Part shown: positions 24,032 through 33,948 of the stretch, piece after piece
How positions within the stretch are numbered: position 1 is the first letter of the stretch
How the letters are laid out: every line of letters begins with the position of its first letter
Assembly (NCBI GenBank): GCA_031281085.1
Contig: JAITFW010000006.1
Location: forward strand, 1-44,800
Direction: 5' to 3'
DNA: 44,800 bases
Origin: Chlamydiales bacterium
GTDB lineage: Bacteria; Chlamydiota; Chlamydiia; Chlamydiales; Rhabdochlamydiaceae
Made by a program: the position numbers and the translations under genes
The notes under the pieces: generated by a model
The model's database searches: none
What the model was told of the DNA's origin: nothing
Seen by the model: the letters and a program-made list of their open reading frames with translations, nothing else

Positions 24032-26323
24032 TTAGCCAAGGTGCTTCAATCCACTTTCGATCTTTTGATATCGAGCTTTTTCTTGCGCTTCGACTAAACA
24101 CTCCAGAAACTCCGGTTGATCACCTGGTCTTTTCTTAAGCTCTTCGTATAAAATTTGTTGTAACTGTTCTTTCGCATCTAAAATGATTTTTGGAGTGATG
24201 AAAATAAACATTTCTGTATCATTGCTTCTGAGCTTAGTCGCTCCAAATAGCTTCCCCAGACCCGGTATATCTCCTAGAAAAGGGATCTTCTCTTCTTTAT
24301 CCTGAGAAGCTTTTCGTCGCAACCCTCCCAAGATCACTGTTTGTCCGTCTGCAATGCATACCTCGTTTTCAATATGTCGTCTATTCACCAAAGGGCGGTC
24401 TTTATGCTCATCATGTCTTGTCGTATCAAAGGTAACATTCGTCTTCAAAGTAACAAATCCCGTTTCCTCCATATCTACCTGGTCTATAAAAGGTAAATGA
24501 ATAGTTGGAATAAGAGTAATGACAATTCCATACTGAGCCCTGGAAAAAGACTTTTCAAACGCAGTTCCTTTATTAGTGTCCAAAGGAGCTGCTCCATTAT
24601 TAATCGAAATCTCCTCTACAATGGAAATGGTAGCAGGGGTTTGATTCACAGTGATGACAGACGGAGCTGCATTGAGTTGAATATCGTCTTGTGACATTAA
24701 AAAACTATAGGCTAAATCATAAGCCGGAAAATGTTTAGAAGAATTATTGTGCAGAAGAAATTCCAATACCCCTGAGCCACTTGGCGCTACATTAGAGTTC
24801 CATTTCAAAACGTTTTTCGTTCCTAATTTTAAAAGATTCATTCCTAAACTATTTTCACAATTGAGTTGCTTTTCAAACAACAACACCTCGATTTGCACCA
24901 TTTTTTTAGGAATATCCAAATTGCGTATGAGATCTTTAATTTTCTCTAAAGCATCGCGACGCACAACCATCAATAGAGTTCCTGTTTTAGCATCTGGAAT
25001 AAAATGATTACTGCCATAATCAATCTCAACTGTCGATAACGTGTTGGAATGAATCGGTTTTGGAGCGACTACAAGAGGAGGAACGGGAGGATATCCATCA
25101 GGAGGCATTTTAAAAGGAGGTCCAGGAGCTGAATAATTTAACCCTGCTTCTTTTTTAGTATCAGACGAAGCAGCTAGAAGAGAGGTATAAACCTTTTCTA
25201 ATATCTGAGCTAAATCATCGGGACTACTATGGCGACAAGGGTATAAATAGACTGTCATTTCAGCAGGGTTTTGCAGCTGATCTTCCGTTTCACGCACAAC
25301 ACGCTCTGCTTTATCCACTACTTCCTTTCTACCAATAGCTACTAAAGAATTGCCTTGTAAAAGAGAGAAAATAGTAAGCCCTTCCTGTTCATTCTTATTC
25401 AAAGGTCGCATTTTCTCGATAGACTCGCTAAAAAAAGACTGCAATATCTTTTCCATTTCTTTCACAGACATCTTAAGCACAGGAATCACGCGAGAAACTC
25501 TCCCCTGCATCTGCCCCCATACGTTCTGATACAAATGTAGAATCTTTTGTACCTCTTCTCGATTAGATACAATACCAATTTTGGAGCCAATTTGATAAAC
25601 AAAAGTTTGTTTGGGGTCAGAAAATTTTTCAAAAAACTGCTTAACGCTTTTTATGTGTTCAATAGGAGGAGAAAAGACATAAAAAACACGGCTATGCTCT
25701 GGTGTTAAGAGCAATTGCTCTAAAGAAGAAGCAATTCTTTCAATACAAGCTGGTTCCTGCTTAAGTAAATATAGCTGTCTAGCATATGGATTTATATTCT
25801 TAATTCCAATTCCATTATGAGACAGGATGATCTCTAATACATCATTCCAAGATTCTCTCGGAATGGGGACATTAGAGTGCATATTGAGCTTCATATTTGC
25901 CATTTCTGGAGGCACGATATAGAGATAATCCAATGCACCATATTCGATAATTAAATGCGCAAGAGTGGTTTCTTCTTGATCCCAAAGAGCGTATCCTTCT
26001 TCGTTTTGCTTAGACTCTTTAAGGACGAGTTCTCGCCACTGTTTTTCTTGATCCTGGATTTTTTGCTTCATCGCATTTACTTCAGCTAAAAGAGCGTGAA
26101 ACTGTTCTTCATTAGCCTCTCTATCATGTAGAGCTTGTACCTGATGGTAGCCTTCTTGTAATTGAGATCTTAAAATATAGATCTGTTCGTTGATCTGTTT
26201 TAATAAAAGATCTGTTTTAATGGAGGATGGATTTTCCTCTTGTACTAACTTATCAGATAAAGTCTGTCCCGAAAGCGTAATCGTCGCTAAGCAGAAATAG
26301 AGAAGAAGATTCTTCATAGACAC
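24032..26323 (-). CDS. gspD: Type II secretion secretin D
   Basis: LD.PKK.V.IEV and GQTVILGGL...KIPFLGDIP.LG.LF...IFITPKI; signal peptide and N-terminal coiled coil. Confidence 0.95.
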   Translation of the reverse strand: MSMKNLLLYFCLATITLSGQTLSDKLVQEENPSSIKTDLLLKQINEQIYILRSQLQEGYHQVQALHDREANEEQFHALLAEVNAMKQKIQDQEKQWRELVLKESKQNEEGYALWDQEETTLAHLIIEYGALDYLYIVPPEMANMKLNMHSNVPIPRESWNDVLEIILSHNGIGIKNINPYARQLYLLKQEPACIERIASSLEQLLLTPEHSRVFYVFSPPIEHIKSVKQFFEKFSDPKQTFVYQIGSKIGIVSNREEVQKILHLYQNVWGQMQGRVSRVIPVLKMSVKEMEKILQSFFSESIEKMRPLNKNEQEGLTIFSLLQGNSLVAIGRKEVVDKAERVVRETEDQLQNPAEMTVYLYPCRHSSPDDLAQILEKVYTSLLAASSDTKKEAGLNYSAPGPPFKMPPDGYPPVPPLVVAPKPIHSNTLSTVEIDYGSNHFIPDAKTGTLLMVVRRDALEKIKDLIRNLDIPKKMVQIEVLLFEKQLNCENSLGMNLLKLGTKNVLKWNSNVAPSGSGVLEFLLHNNSSKHFPAYDLAYSFLMSQDDIQLNAAPSVITVNQTPATISIVEEISINNGAAPLDTNKGTAFEKSFSRAQYGIVITLIPTIHLPFIDQVDMEETGFVTLKTNVTFDTTRHDEHKDRPLVNRRHIENEVCIADGQTVILGGLRRKASQDKEEKIPFLGDIPGLGKLFGATKLRSNDTEMFIFITPKIILDAKEQLQQILYEELKKRPGDQPEFLECLVEAQEKARYQKIESGLKHLG

Positions 26324-27564
26324 CTCTTAAGAGCAAAAGGCAACAAAAGAAAGCATCTTTTTCTCATTTTAGCTTCTTTTTTTTCCGTTTGAATAGGCAA
26401 TTGAACCTGTTGCATTTGCATTCTCGTATCGTCAAAAAGAGTTCCTTTCATAAAAGAGCAACCTTTCTCTTTGACAATGGTATCGAAAATAAACACCTCC
26501 GCTACGAGACGATGATAGACATAATCCTCAATATCTTTTGGTTTATCCAACCGATGCCATCCAAAAGGGGTTTTGAATAACCAATCCCCTTGTTTTAAAA
26601 ACAGTCTTTTCTTTCCTAAGCTACAACTCACTTGTGTAGAACTCCTCATACGAATTTTAGTAAAGGGAATCTCTAGTTTTGTTCCTTTCAGCTTTTTTTT
26701 CTGCAAAGGCACTTCGATCAAGCTGGAACAAAAGCCTTTTTCATCCCAAACCTCTAATTGCATGTGCTCTGGAAGAAGTTTTTTCACCTGTGCTAGAGGA
26801 AGTCCTTGCGTTTTGGTTGCTAAAGAAGCAACTTGCCATTGCTGATCTTTAAATACAAGAAGGTCTGCTTCTGAAACAAAACAAGCATAACTGTGCATGG
26901 GATTGACACATTTCAGTGTGCCTTTGTCTCTCCAACTAGCAAATCTCGGTCCTCCATAATGTTGGATCAATAAATCAAAGCTCAAATAGCTGCTATTTTG
27001 CAATTGCTGCATAAAATCATCTTTTGGCATTTGCCATGATCCTGAAGAAGAAATAAATTCTGCACTTTGTTCTGTAGAGTGAACTTGCCGAAATGCTTTT
27101 ATTAAAATAGCCCCATGACTTAATAGAATAGGCTGAATCCAGAGTGAGGTTTTTTTTTCCGAACGAGCCAACCCTTCTGTACTTTCTTCTAGAAAAATGA
27201 GTTCCTCATTTTGCACTATGAAAGAATTTTTTCCCCTATTCAAAGAAAAAGCTATCAAAATAGGTAATTGCTGATCTGGCCTAGTATTGTAACCTAATAC
27301 TAAAAGCTCATTAGCAATACGCCTAGCCCAACTAGAGGTGTGGTATTCATTTAAAGCTAAAGCAAAAGAGCCAATCAGCTCATAGGGATAAAGGACAACA
27401 GCTGTTTGCTGCATATCTTGTGTCAAGCGCACTTTTAAATCAGGTAGAGGACAAGAGAAAAAGAACAAACCACAGAACAAGATCCCTACACAAGCACATA
27501 CCCCCATAACACAGTAATTAAAAAGACGACGGATCCCACATTTAGTAGAAAAAAAAACAATCAC
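26314..27564 (-). CDS. Chlamydial T2SS-associated membrane-anchored protein (CT573-like position)
   Basis: Single N-terminal TM; overlaps the gspD start; first gene of the operon. Confidence 0.7.
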   Translation of the reverse strand: MIVFFSTKCGIRRLFNYCVMGVCACVGILFCGLFFFSCPLPDLKVRLTQDMQQTAVVLYPYELIGSFALALNEYHTSSWARRIANELLVLGYNTRPDQQLPILIAFSLNRGKNSFIVQNEELIFLEESTEGLARSEKKTSLWIQPILLSHGAILIKAFRQVHSTEQSAEFISSSGSWQMPKDDFMQQLQNSSYLSFDLLIQHYGGPRFASWRDKGTLKCVNPMHSYACFVSEADLLVFKDQQWQVASLATKTQGLPLAQVKKLLPEHMQLEVWDEKGFCSSLIEVPLQKKKLKGTKLEIPFTKIRMRSSTQVSCSLGKKRLFLKQGDWLFKTPFGWHRLDKPKDIEDYVYHRLVAEVFIFDTIVKEKGCSFMKGTLFDDTRMQMQQVQLPIQTEKKEAKMRKRCFLLLPFALKRCL

Positions 27565-27727
27565 AGCGCATCACCTTCTCATTCTCAGGAAGATCAAAAG
27601 TGTAGAAGATCGAGAAAATAAAAAAAAGATCAAATAAAAGAGCTCAGAAATAGGCAATAGGTTGCTAAAAAATTCGATTTACTATTTTAATGCAATTAAT
27701 AAGGTTACTATTAACTAATGAGGTCAT

Positions 27728-28114
27728 ATGGATGAGAATAAATCAAAAGAAGGAGTTTCTGTAAAAGAAATTGAAACATTTGCTAAACAATATCGTTTTG
27801 AGTTCTTTTTCTGTTTAGCTTTTGCACTAGCCTTTTTATTTGCGTTAATTATGTATTCTCGCGTTTGGTCTATAGGAGCTTCTGCTCTGGGAGGAATCTT
27901 AGGCGTTCTCTTCTCTAGAAAAGTTGTGTATTTTTCCAAAGCCGTTCTCCATTTTCTTTTTAGACAAGAAAAAACCACTCAATTCGTACTAGCAATCGTA
28001 GCTTTAATCTTAGCTATCTTTTTACCACCTCTGATTTTTCTGCTATTAGGCCTTCATGGAGGTAAAGACCTCTATCATGTAACAAGAGAGATCCAAGCTC
28101 AACATCTTAAATAA
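27728..28114 (+). CDS. Hypothetical membrane protein
   Basis: GAGG RBS; two hydrophobic hairpins. Confidence 0.8.
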   Translation: MDENKSKEGVSVKEIETFAKQYRFEFFFCLAFALAFLFALIMYSRVWSIGASALGGILGVLFSRKVVYFSKAVLHFLFRQEKTTQFVLAIVALILAIFLPPLIFLLLGLHGGKDLYHVTREIQAQHLK

Positions 28115-28120
28115 GACCTC

Positions 28121-28885
28121 TTATTCTAATTCTTTTTTTCTCTGCTTGATATAGTCGAGCAGGGAAAAGGAACCCGACTGAAAATTACGCGCGAGAGTAG
28201 CATAAGCCTTTGGATCATAGGTTTTAGCAGGCTCTTCTGCTTTAGACCAACCAGCATTGCGCAAGATTTCTTCCCATGCTGCTTTTTCTCCCTCTTTTGA
28301 ACCTAGTTCTCTTTCCAAGGCAGCAATTCTCATCAAGTTATAGGCATATAATAATCCGCCAGAGCGTTTTTGCGAATCCATGTGTTCCCATAGAAAAGCA
28401 TCCTTTTCTAAATCGCTCTTTAACTGTTTTGCTTCTTCTAAAGCAACTACCAACTGATCGTCAGCAATTAATAGAGTTGTTTCAGAAAAACGGGTATAAT
28501 AAGGGGAAACTAAGCCTTGTGCTCTTTCTAAAGCTTTTATCATGTAAGTCGTTGCTTTTTTCGTTTCTCCTATACCCAAAAGACGTTGTGCGATTAGCCC
28601 TCCAAATTGAGTCTGTAGTTCTGGATGTGAGCTCACTAATTTTTCTAACTTATGGAAGGTTTGAGGATCCCTCCATTTAGCATACATAGCATTTGCTTCT
28701 CTATAAACAGAAGGGGACTTGCTCTCAAACCTTCCAAACTGATACATAGCTACCATAGAGACAAAAATGCCAGAACAGGCATAAATAGCGATTTTAGATC
28801 GGTTTACAGAGCGATCTAAAAAAAAGATTTTCGCTAGAGCTGCCCTGCCAAAAGGCAAAGGATCTTCTGATTTAAACTCTGTCAT
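28121..28885 (-). CDS. Hypothetical membrane-anchored helical (TPR-like) protein
   Basis: One TM near the N-terminus followed by Ala/Leu-rich helices; co-oriented behind mutY and GT4. Confidence 0.7.
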   Translation of the reverse strand: MTEFKSEDPLPFGRAALAKIFFLDRSVNRSKIAIYACSGIFVSMVAMYQFGRFESKSPSVYREANAMYAKWRDPQTFHKLEKLVSSHPELQTQFGGLIAQRLLGIGETKKATTYMIKALERAQGLVSPYYTRFSETTLLIADDQLVVALEEAKQLKSDLEKDAFLWEHMDSQKRSGGLLYAYNLMRIAALERELGSKEGEKAAWEEILRNAGWSKAEEPAKTYDPKAYATLARNFQSGSFSLLDYIKQRKKELE

Positions 28886-28918
28886 AATTTGAACAAACCT
28901 TGACTTAAAATAAATATT

Positions 28919-30001
28919 CTATAAAATAATTTTTTGATAAACAGATTCCATCTGATCTAAAGTATGAGTCATCATATATTTTTGTTCTACTAACATCTTT
29001 GCATTTTCTCCTAAGCGCTCTCTTAAAAGACGATCTTCTGCCATTTTTAGCACAGCTTGGGCTACTGCTTCTGGATCAGAAGAAGGAACTCTCAAACCCG
29101 TACTTCCATGAATACATACCTCTGGCAGACCACCTACGTCAGTTGTAATCAAAGGACGTTTTAAAAAAGCTGCTTGCAACGTAGCTTGAGAAATCCCTTC
29201 GTGAGCTACGCTTAAAAGCGTAAAAACATCTAAAGCACGAATAGCTGTATAAGGCGACTCTAAATGACCTACGCAAATCACATTGTCTAATTTCATCTCA
29301 CGAATCATCACGAGATATCTTTCCAAATACCCTCCACCGATTAAAATCCATTTGATCCGTTGATCATTCTTGAGTAAATCAGCCGCTTTTAATAAATCGG
29401 GAATCCCTTTCCAAGAACGCAACACACAAGCTGTCCCTACTAAAATATCTGTGGGGCTTAAACCTAGTTCTTCACGAAACATAACAGGATCTTGTACAGC
29501 ATCAACAATTTTTGGATTCACTCCCGTTGCAATGCAATGCATACGAGAAGGGCTTAAATGAGCTTTTTCTTGCAACAAAGGCAATACCGCAGAAGAAGTA
29601 GAAACTACAACATCAGCAAGCTGATTATAAAGAATGAACCCATTTAAACCTCCTCGGATAGGAGTCGATAGATGACGCGTTCGAACAACGGGTTTTTTAG
29701 ATAACTTTGCAGCAATACCCGCTATCCAAGCATCCAAAGAAGAATGCGTATTGATCAAATCAATTCTCTCTTTTTTAAAAAACAACCATAATTTTCCCAC
29801 GGTAAAAAAGAGAGCTTTCTTTTTAAAACAAAATGTATAAACCACGAACCCTTTCTGCATAGCACGTCTTACTAATTCACTGTTAGCAGAGAGCGCAAAA
29901 AACACTGTGTGACCTCTTTGACGCATTCCTTCTGCTTCCGCTAGAATTCTCATTTCTTGTCCACCCCAACCCATAGAGCTTTCTGTGTGAACGATTTTCA
30001 T
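28919..30001 (-). CDS. Glycosyltransferase family 4 (probably LPS/surface glycan)
   Basis: GGQE.R N-terminal motif, HSS.D, KG..DL and TDVGGLPE. The E-x7-E motif reads EGISQATLQ. Confidence 0.9.
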   Translation of the reverse strand: MKIVHTESSMGWGGQEMRILAEAEGMRQRGHTVFFALSANSELVRRAMQKGFVVYTFCFKKKALFFTVGKLWLFFKKERIDLINTHSSLDAWIAGIAAKLSKKPVVRTRHLSTPIRGGLNGFILYNQLADVVVSTSSAVLPLLQEKAHLSPSRMHCIATGVNPKIVDAVQDPVMFREELGLSPTDILVGTACVLRSWKGIPDLLKAADLLKNDQRIKWILIGGGYLERYLVMIREMKLDNVICVGHLESPYTAIRALDVFTLLSVAHEGISQATLQAAFLKRPLITTDVGGLPEVCIHGSTGLRVPSSDPEAVAQAVLKMAEDRLLRERLGENAKMLVEQKYMMTHTLDQMESVYQKIIL

Positions 30002-31017
30002 CTTATCCCTTCTATCTGTTGGAGAATTTTTCTATGTCCTGCTGAAAAAGGAAATTTTGTCAGATCTTTTTTTAAAACCCATGTATAATTGCTAAACATC
30101 TCTTTTCTCAAAGCTCGCCAAATAGAAGGAAACAAAGTTGCTTTGAAATGGGTAAACGTATGACTTACCACGTTTAAGTGTTGTTGGTAAATGGCTTCTC
30201 TAGAAAGAAATGCAAGCAAGCTCTCTTCCTGTGGTTTTTCTGTTTCAAAATAAGGAAACTCATATAAATCAGCCATCAAACCAGATTCTATTTTCTTTAA
30301 TAAAAGACTATCTTGATACATAAGCACAATCACATTGCGATATAAAGGCTTCATCTTTTTTTTTAAAGGTTTCTTAGGCAATAGGTGTTGGCTTTTTAAT
30401 TCTCTTGATTTACAACCCTTTTTTATAGGACACCTTATGCACTTAGCTACTTTGTTACAAACTAAAGAACCCAATTCGATCAAAGCCTCCATACAAATCC
30501 AGGGCTCAATCTCTGGTAAAAGATGTTCTGCTTTAGTTCGTATCATCTGTTTGGTTTTTACCTTAGTGATATCTTCTTCTACGTGATAGTAACGCGCAAG
30601 CACACGGGCTACATTAGCATCAACAGCAGCAGCTTTTTGATGGAAGGCAAAGCTTAAAAGAGCTCCTACTGTATAAGGTCCTAACCCTTTAATTTTTTCT
30701 AGTTCTCCTTTACTATCCGGAATCACTCCCTCATATGTTTCGAGTATATATTTCGCAGCTACATGCAGATTTCTCGCTCGATTATAATAACCTAGCCCTT
30801 CCCAAGCTTTAATCACCTCTGTTTGAGGAGCTAATGCCAATGTCTTCACATCGGGAAATAAAATCATCCAGCGCTCAAAATACCTTTCCACAACGCTAGC
30901 TCTTGTTTGCTGCAGCATAACCTCTGAGATCCAAACCGCATAAGGCGTTGGGCTTACCCTCCAAGAAAAATCTCTTCTTTGTTCCAAAAACCACTTTTTT
31001 AAAGCTTCTACATCCAC
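29998..31017 (-). CDS. mutY: A/G-specific adenine glycosylase
   Basis: VWISEVMLQQT, WEGLGYY.RARNL, HhH G.GPYT, VDANV.RV and the 4Fe-4S Cys cluster. Confidence 0.97.
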   Translation of the reverse strand: MDVEALKKWFLEQRRDFSWRVSPTPYAVWISEVMLQQTRASVVERYFERWMILFPDVKTLALAPQTEVIKAWEGLGYYNRARNLHVAAKYILETYEGVIPDSKGELEKIKGLGPYTVGALLSFAFHQKAAAVDANVARVLARYYHVEEDITKVKTKQMIRTKAEHLLPEIEPWICMEALIELGSLVCNKVAKCIRCPIKKGCKSRELKSQHLLPKKPLKKKMKPLYRNVIVLMYQDSLLLKKIESGLMADLYEFPYFETEKPQEESLLAFLSREAIYQQHLNVVSHTFTHFKATLFPSIWRALRKEMFSNYTWVLKKDLTKFPFSAGHRKILQQIEGIR

Positions 31018-31150
31018 AATAACCTAAATAAGTACTAATTTTTAAACATTTAAACCTTAAAAGATCACCATTCTATAAATTAAGCAATTAGTTGATCTAG
31101 TATATTTTTAGCCTTTCCATTATTTAGTAGAATAAAGGAGCTGATAACAT

Positions 31151-31597
31151 ATGGCGTCGCAAAAAAATTGGAACCGGCTACACGATGAGATTAAGATCAA
31201 CTTGCAAAAAGAAGTATACTTAATGCGAGAACTACTAGCAAATCTGCATCAAGAAGGACTAGATAAAGATCATTCTACACAAATTATGCAACAAAGACAA
31301 TCCCTCTTAGAGCGTTTATACCAAGCACGTGAGCTGAGATTGATTGCTAGCAAAAAGCTAGAAACTCTCATGGATCCAAACAATAAAGACCTGAAATTAG
31401 AACAAATTATGCCTCTTGACGATGAACAGACAACGGAAGTTTTAAGCTTAAACGACCAGCTAGGTGCATTGACAAAAAAAATGAATCAACAGAACATGGA
31501 CAATCAAAGCAATCTTAAACAAGAACAGCGTTTGAAATCGAAACCCCCTAGAAAAAAAACAGCTATCGCAACTGAAGAAAAAAATACATCCCAATAA
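31151..31597 (+). CDS. Hypothetical coiled-coil protein, FlgN-like chaperone pattern
   Basis: AAGGAG RBS; L..E...MRELL..L.QE start, central L.....R and C-terminal L..L...M..QN..N...L. Confidence 0.6.
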   Translation: MASQKNWNRLHDEIKINLQKEVYLMRELLANLHQEGLDKDHSTQIMQQRQSLLERLYQARELRLIASKKLETLMDPNNKDLKLEQIMPLDDEQTTEVLSLNDQLGALTKKMNQQNMDNQSNLKQEQRLKSKPPRKKTAIATEEKNTSQ

Positions 31598-31661
31598 AAA
31601 AGAACGAGACTGTCCATTTTTTTGTGTAAATAGCTTTAATCATGTACTCAAACGTAATCTA

Positions 31662-32240
31662 TACTCAAGAGAATGAGAAAAAAGACAGACCAAGAGATGA
31701 ATCCATTGAAATGGTAACGAAGATAGAGTAATAAGACTTAAACCCATATGCAACCAAAAGCCCACTTTTTAACACCCAATCAAAGAGATATCCTTAAGGC
31801 TCGACATCGCCATGAATCAAATAAAAGGCTATGCGACAGAATCAAAACGATTCTGTTCTTAGATAAAGGATGGACATATGAGGCAATCGCAGAAGCCTTA
31901 CCCCTAGATGAGGATACGACAAGACGTTGCTATAAAACCAATCTAGAAGGAAGAAAAGAAGCATGACTCAACCTAAATGACACAGGAAAAGCCAGTAGAC
32001 TAAATCAAGAACAGCTAGAGCAGCTCAAGACCTATGTAAGTAAAGCCATTCTTAAGTTCAGCAGAACAAATCGTAAATTTCATAAACAATCGAACGTCTT
32101 TAGCCATTCATGAATCCCAAAATGAGAAATCATCCATATGATGAAAAATTCGTAGAATGTAAGAAAGTAATTCTTGGTTTTTTTGAAAACATTTCTTGCT
32201 ATCAAAAGGAGTTCAAGGGTCTTCTCTCTAAAAAATTTCC
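31662..32240 (+). mobile_element. IS630-family remnant (nonsense mutations and central deletion)
   Basis: TA|TACTCAAGAGAATGA end; HTH CDRIKTILFLDKGWTYEAIAEAL; after a TGA the frame continues G.ASRLNQEQLEQLK. C-terminal YDEKFVECKKVILGFFENI...LLSKKF is present and the DDE core is missing. Confidence 0.88.
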
Positions 32241-32245
32241 TATTA

Positions 32246-32467
32246 GAACTCTTGCATAACCTCAATTTCAAAGTTCCCAATTATAGATCCCTGCTATAAG
32301 ATTAAATCTTAGACAAAAGCGTTTTCGGCGATTTCTATATCGTTCTGCTAGGATTTTAAAACGCTTGAGCATCCCCATTACATTTTCATAAGGACTCATT
32401 TTCAATGGCTTATCTTTTTCTTAAATTATACTGGCGTTAAATTAAGAATCGAGTTAAACAAGAATCT
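32246..32467 (-). mobile_element. ~220-bp miniature IS5-family (ISL2/IS702 group) element
   Basis: Ends GAACTCTTGCATAACCTC and degenerate GAGTTAAACAAGAATC. Carries mini-ORF 32399-32268, MSPYENVMGMLKRFKILAERYRNRRKRFCLRFNLIAGIYNWEL*, the classic C-terminus of this group. Confidence 0.88.
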
Positions 32468-32658
32468 TTAAAAAAAGAATGCAACTTCCTGTGAAAGAAA
32501 TACTGAAATACAATTCTTGATTTAAAACGAAACCAGTATACCTATCCAATTTCATACTCTTTGAACAAGAGATTTTTCTTCACAAAAACCCTTAATTTTA
32601 TATAAAGTGTTTTTTTTATACTTCTTATCATCTTAAAATCTAGAAGACTTAAAAGCTT

Positions 32659-33420
32659 ATGTACAAAATATCCCTTTTCTTATGTTCTTTTCTGTTTTCT
32701 CTTTCTTGTTTCTGTATCACAACAGGTCAACCTTCTTGTTTTTTTACTCCTCCTCCTAATTGGGATTTTGCCGATCCTAAAATATGGGCTCCAAGAGTTA
32801 AAGTGGCTTTTATCAGTAAAACTAAGCAAAAAACCCTTGCTCCTTCTGTGATCTTAGCAGTAGAAGAAACAAAAGCAGATCTTCCCAAGTATTTACAAGC
32901 GGTGCAAGCCATCTATGAAAAAAAAAGAAAAACACGTTGGTGTAATGTAGATTTAGCTAAAGCGGGCCTAGCTCATCTTTCGAACTCAGCTCACCTTTTG
33001 CAAATCGATATGAAAACCCAATACGGCTCTGTACGCAAATTACAGCTCATTTTCATTAAAGAAAATAAAGCCTATATATTAACTACAACAGCGCTAAAAA
33101 AAGAGTTTTCTAACTACTTAGAAGCTTTTCAAAAAACTCTTAGCTCTTTTACATACACTTGCGATTTGTATACACCTCTTTCTAAAGAACTAAAAACAGA
33201 TTTAGAGCAGTTAGAAACTGCTCTTTTCGAAAAATGGAAGGCTTTACTTGTAAAGAAAACTGGTTTTGAAGAGATGTTTAACCAAACAGAATTTCAAGAA
33301 CTCTATTGGCTCCCCTTACAGAAAAAAGTGCTAGAAGATTGTCAAACCCTAGGAGCTTATTGGCAGATGATTGTCTTAAGATCGATTCGCGAACAGATTC
33401 GTGCAAATTACTTGAAATGA
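32659..33420 (+). CDS. Exported hypothetical protein (possible PsbP/DcrB-like fold)
   Basis: Signal peptide; F.PP.NW, beta-rich core ending AYILT......F......F...L.SF; helical tail. Confidence 0.65.
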   Translation: MYKISLFLCSFLFSLSCFCITTGQPSCFFTPPPNWDFADPKIWAPRVKVAFISKTKQKTLAPSVILAVEETKADLPKYLQAVQAIYEKKRKTRWCNVDLAKAGLAHLSNSAHLLQIDMKTQYGSVRKLQLIFIKENKAYILTTTALKKEFSNYLEAFQKTLSSFTYTCDLYTPLSKELKTDLEQLETALFEKWKALLVKKTGFEEMFNQTEFQELYWLPLQKKVLEDCQTLGAYWQMIVLRSIREQIRANYLK

Positions 33421-33875
33421 GATGCGTTTTTCTTCTCGTTATGCTTTTTAGCTGCAACCATTCTTCAAACTGGCAAGTAGAACACCTCTACTCAGATTGC
33501 AAAGAGCATTGCTCAAACAAGCTATCTTATCTAGACCGCATGAATGGTATAAACCTAGAGATGATATGCATGGGAAACAACATAAAGGCTTATTTGCATC
33601 TCTATCCTCATACAATCAAACAATCAGCTCTCATTGCGCTTACCACAAAAGAAAAATCTCAGCAATTTTCTGCATATTATCTAGAAGGCGGTCAAAAGGT
33701 CCTCTTATCTTCAGAGTGTCTTGCCTTTTTCTTACACGCATTAGAAAATAACCAAGAAGTGCAAATTACAATAGGTGGTTATCAATCCATGATAAAACCT
33801 ATCGAATTTCAAGAAAATTTTAAAAAACTACAAACCTTTCCTACATTATTAAATCCTGTTCAATTCTCTTTCTAA
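33417..33875 (+). CDS. Hypothetical lipoprotein
   Basis: ATG 33417 overlaps the upstream stop (ATGA); MRCVFLLVMLFS|C lipobox. The track start at 33306 is too long. Confidence 0.7.
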   Translation: MRCVFLLVMLFSCNHSSNWQVEHLYSDCKEHCSNKLSYLDRMNGINLEMICMGNNIKAYLHLYPHTIKQSALIALTTKEKSQQFSAYYLEGGQKVLLSSECLAFFLHALENNQEVQITIGGYQSMIKPIEFQENFKKLQTFPTLLNPVQFSF

Positions 33876-33948
33876 ATCCTTCACTTTTTTTCTTCTCCTT
33901 AAACTCTGCGTTCGTTACCATTTGCTTTACTGATTAATGAAGGTTTAT

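Noticed and set aside
27651-27667. Sigma54-like GG...TTGC element upstream of the 27728 gene
   Set aside because: GG-to-GC spacing is 9, not the required 10.
32080-32280. 66-aa minus-strand ORF
   Set aside because: Spans the junction of two IS relics, antisense to the IS630 remnant.
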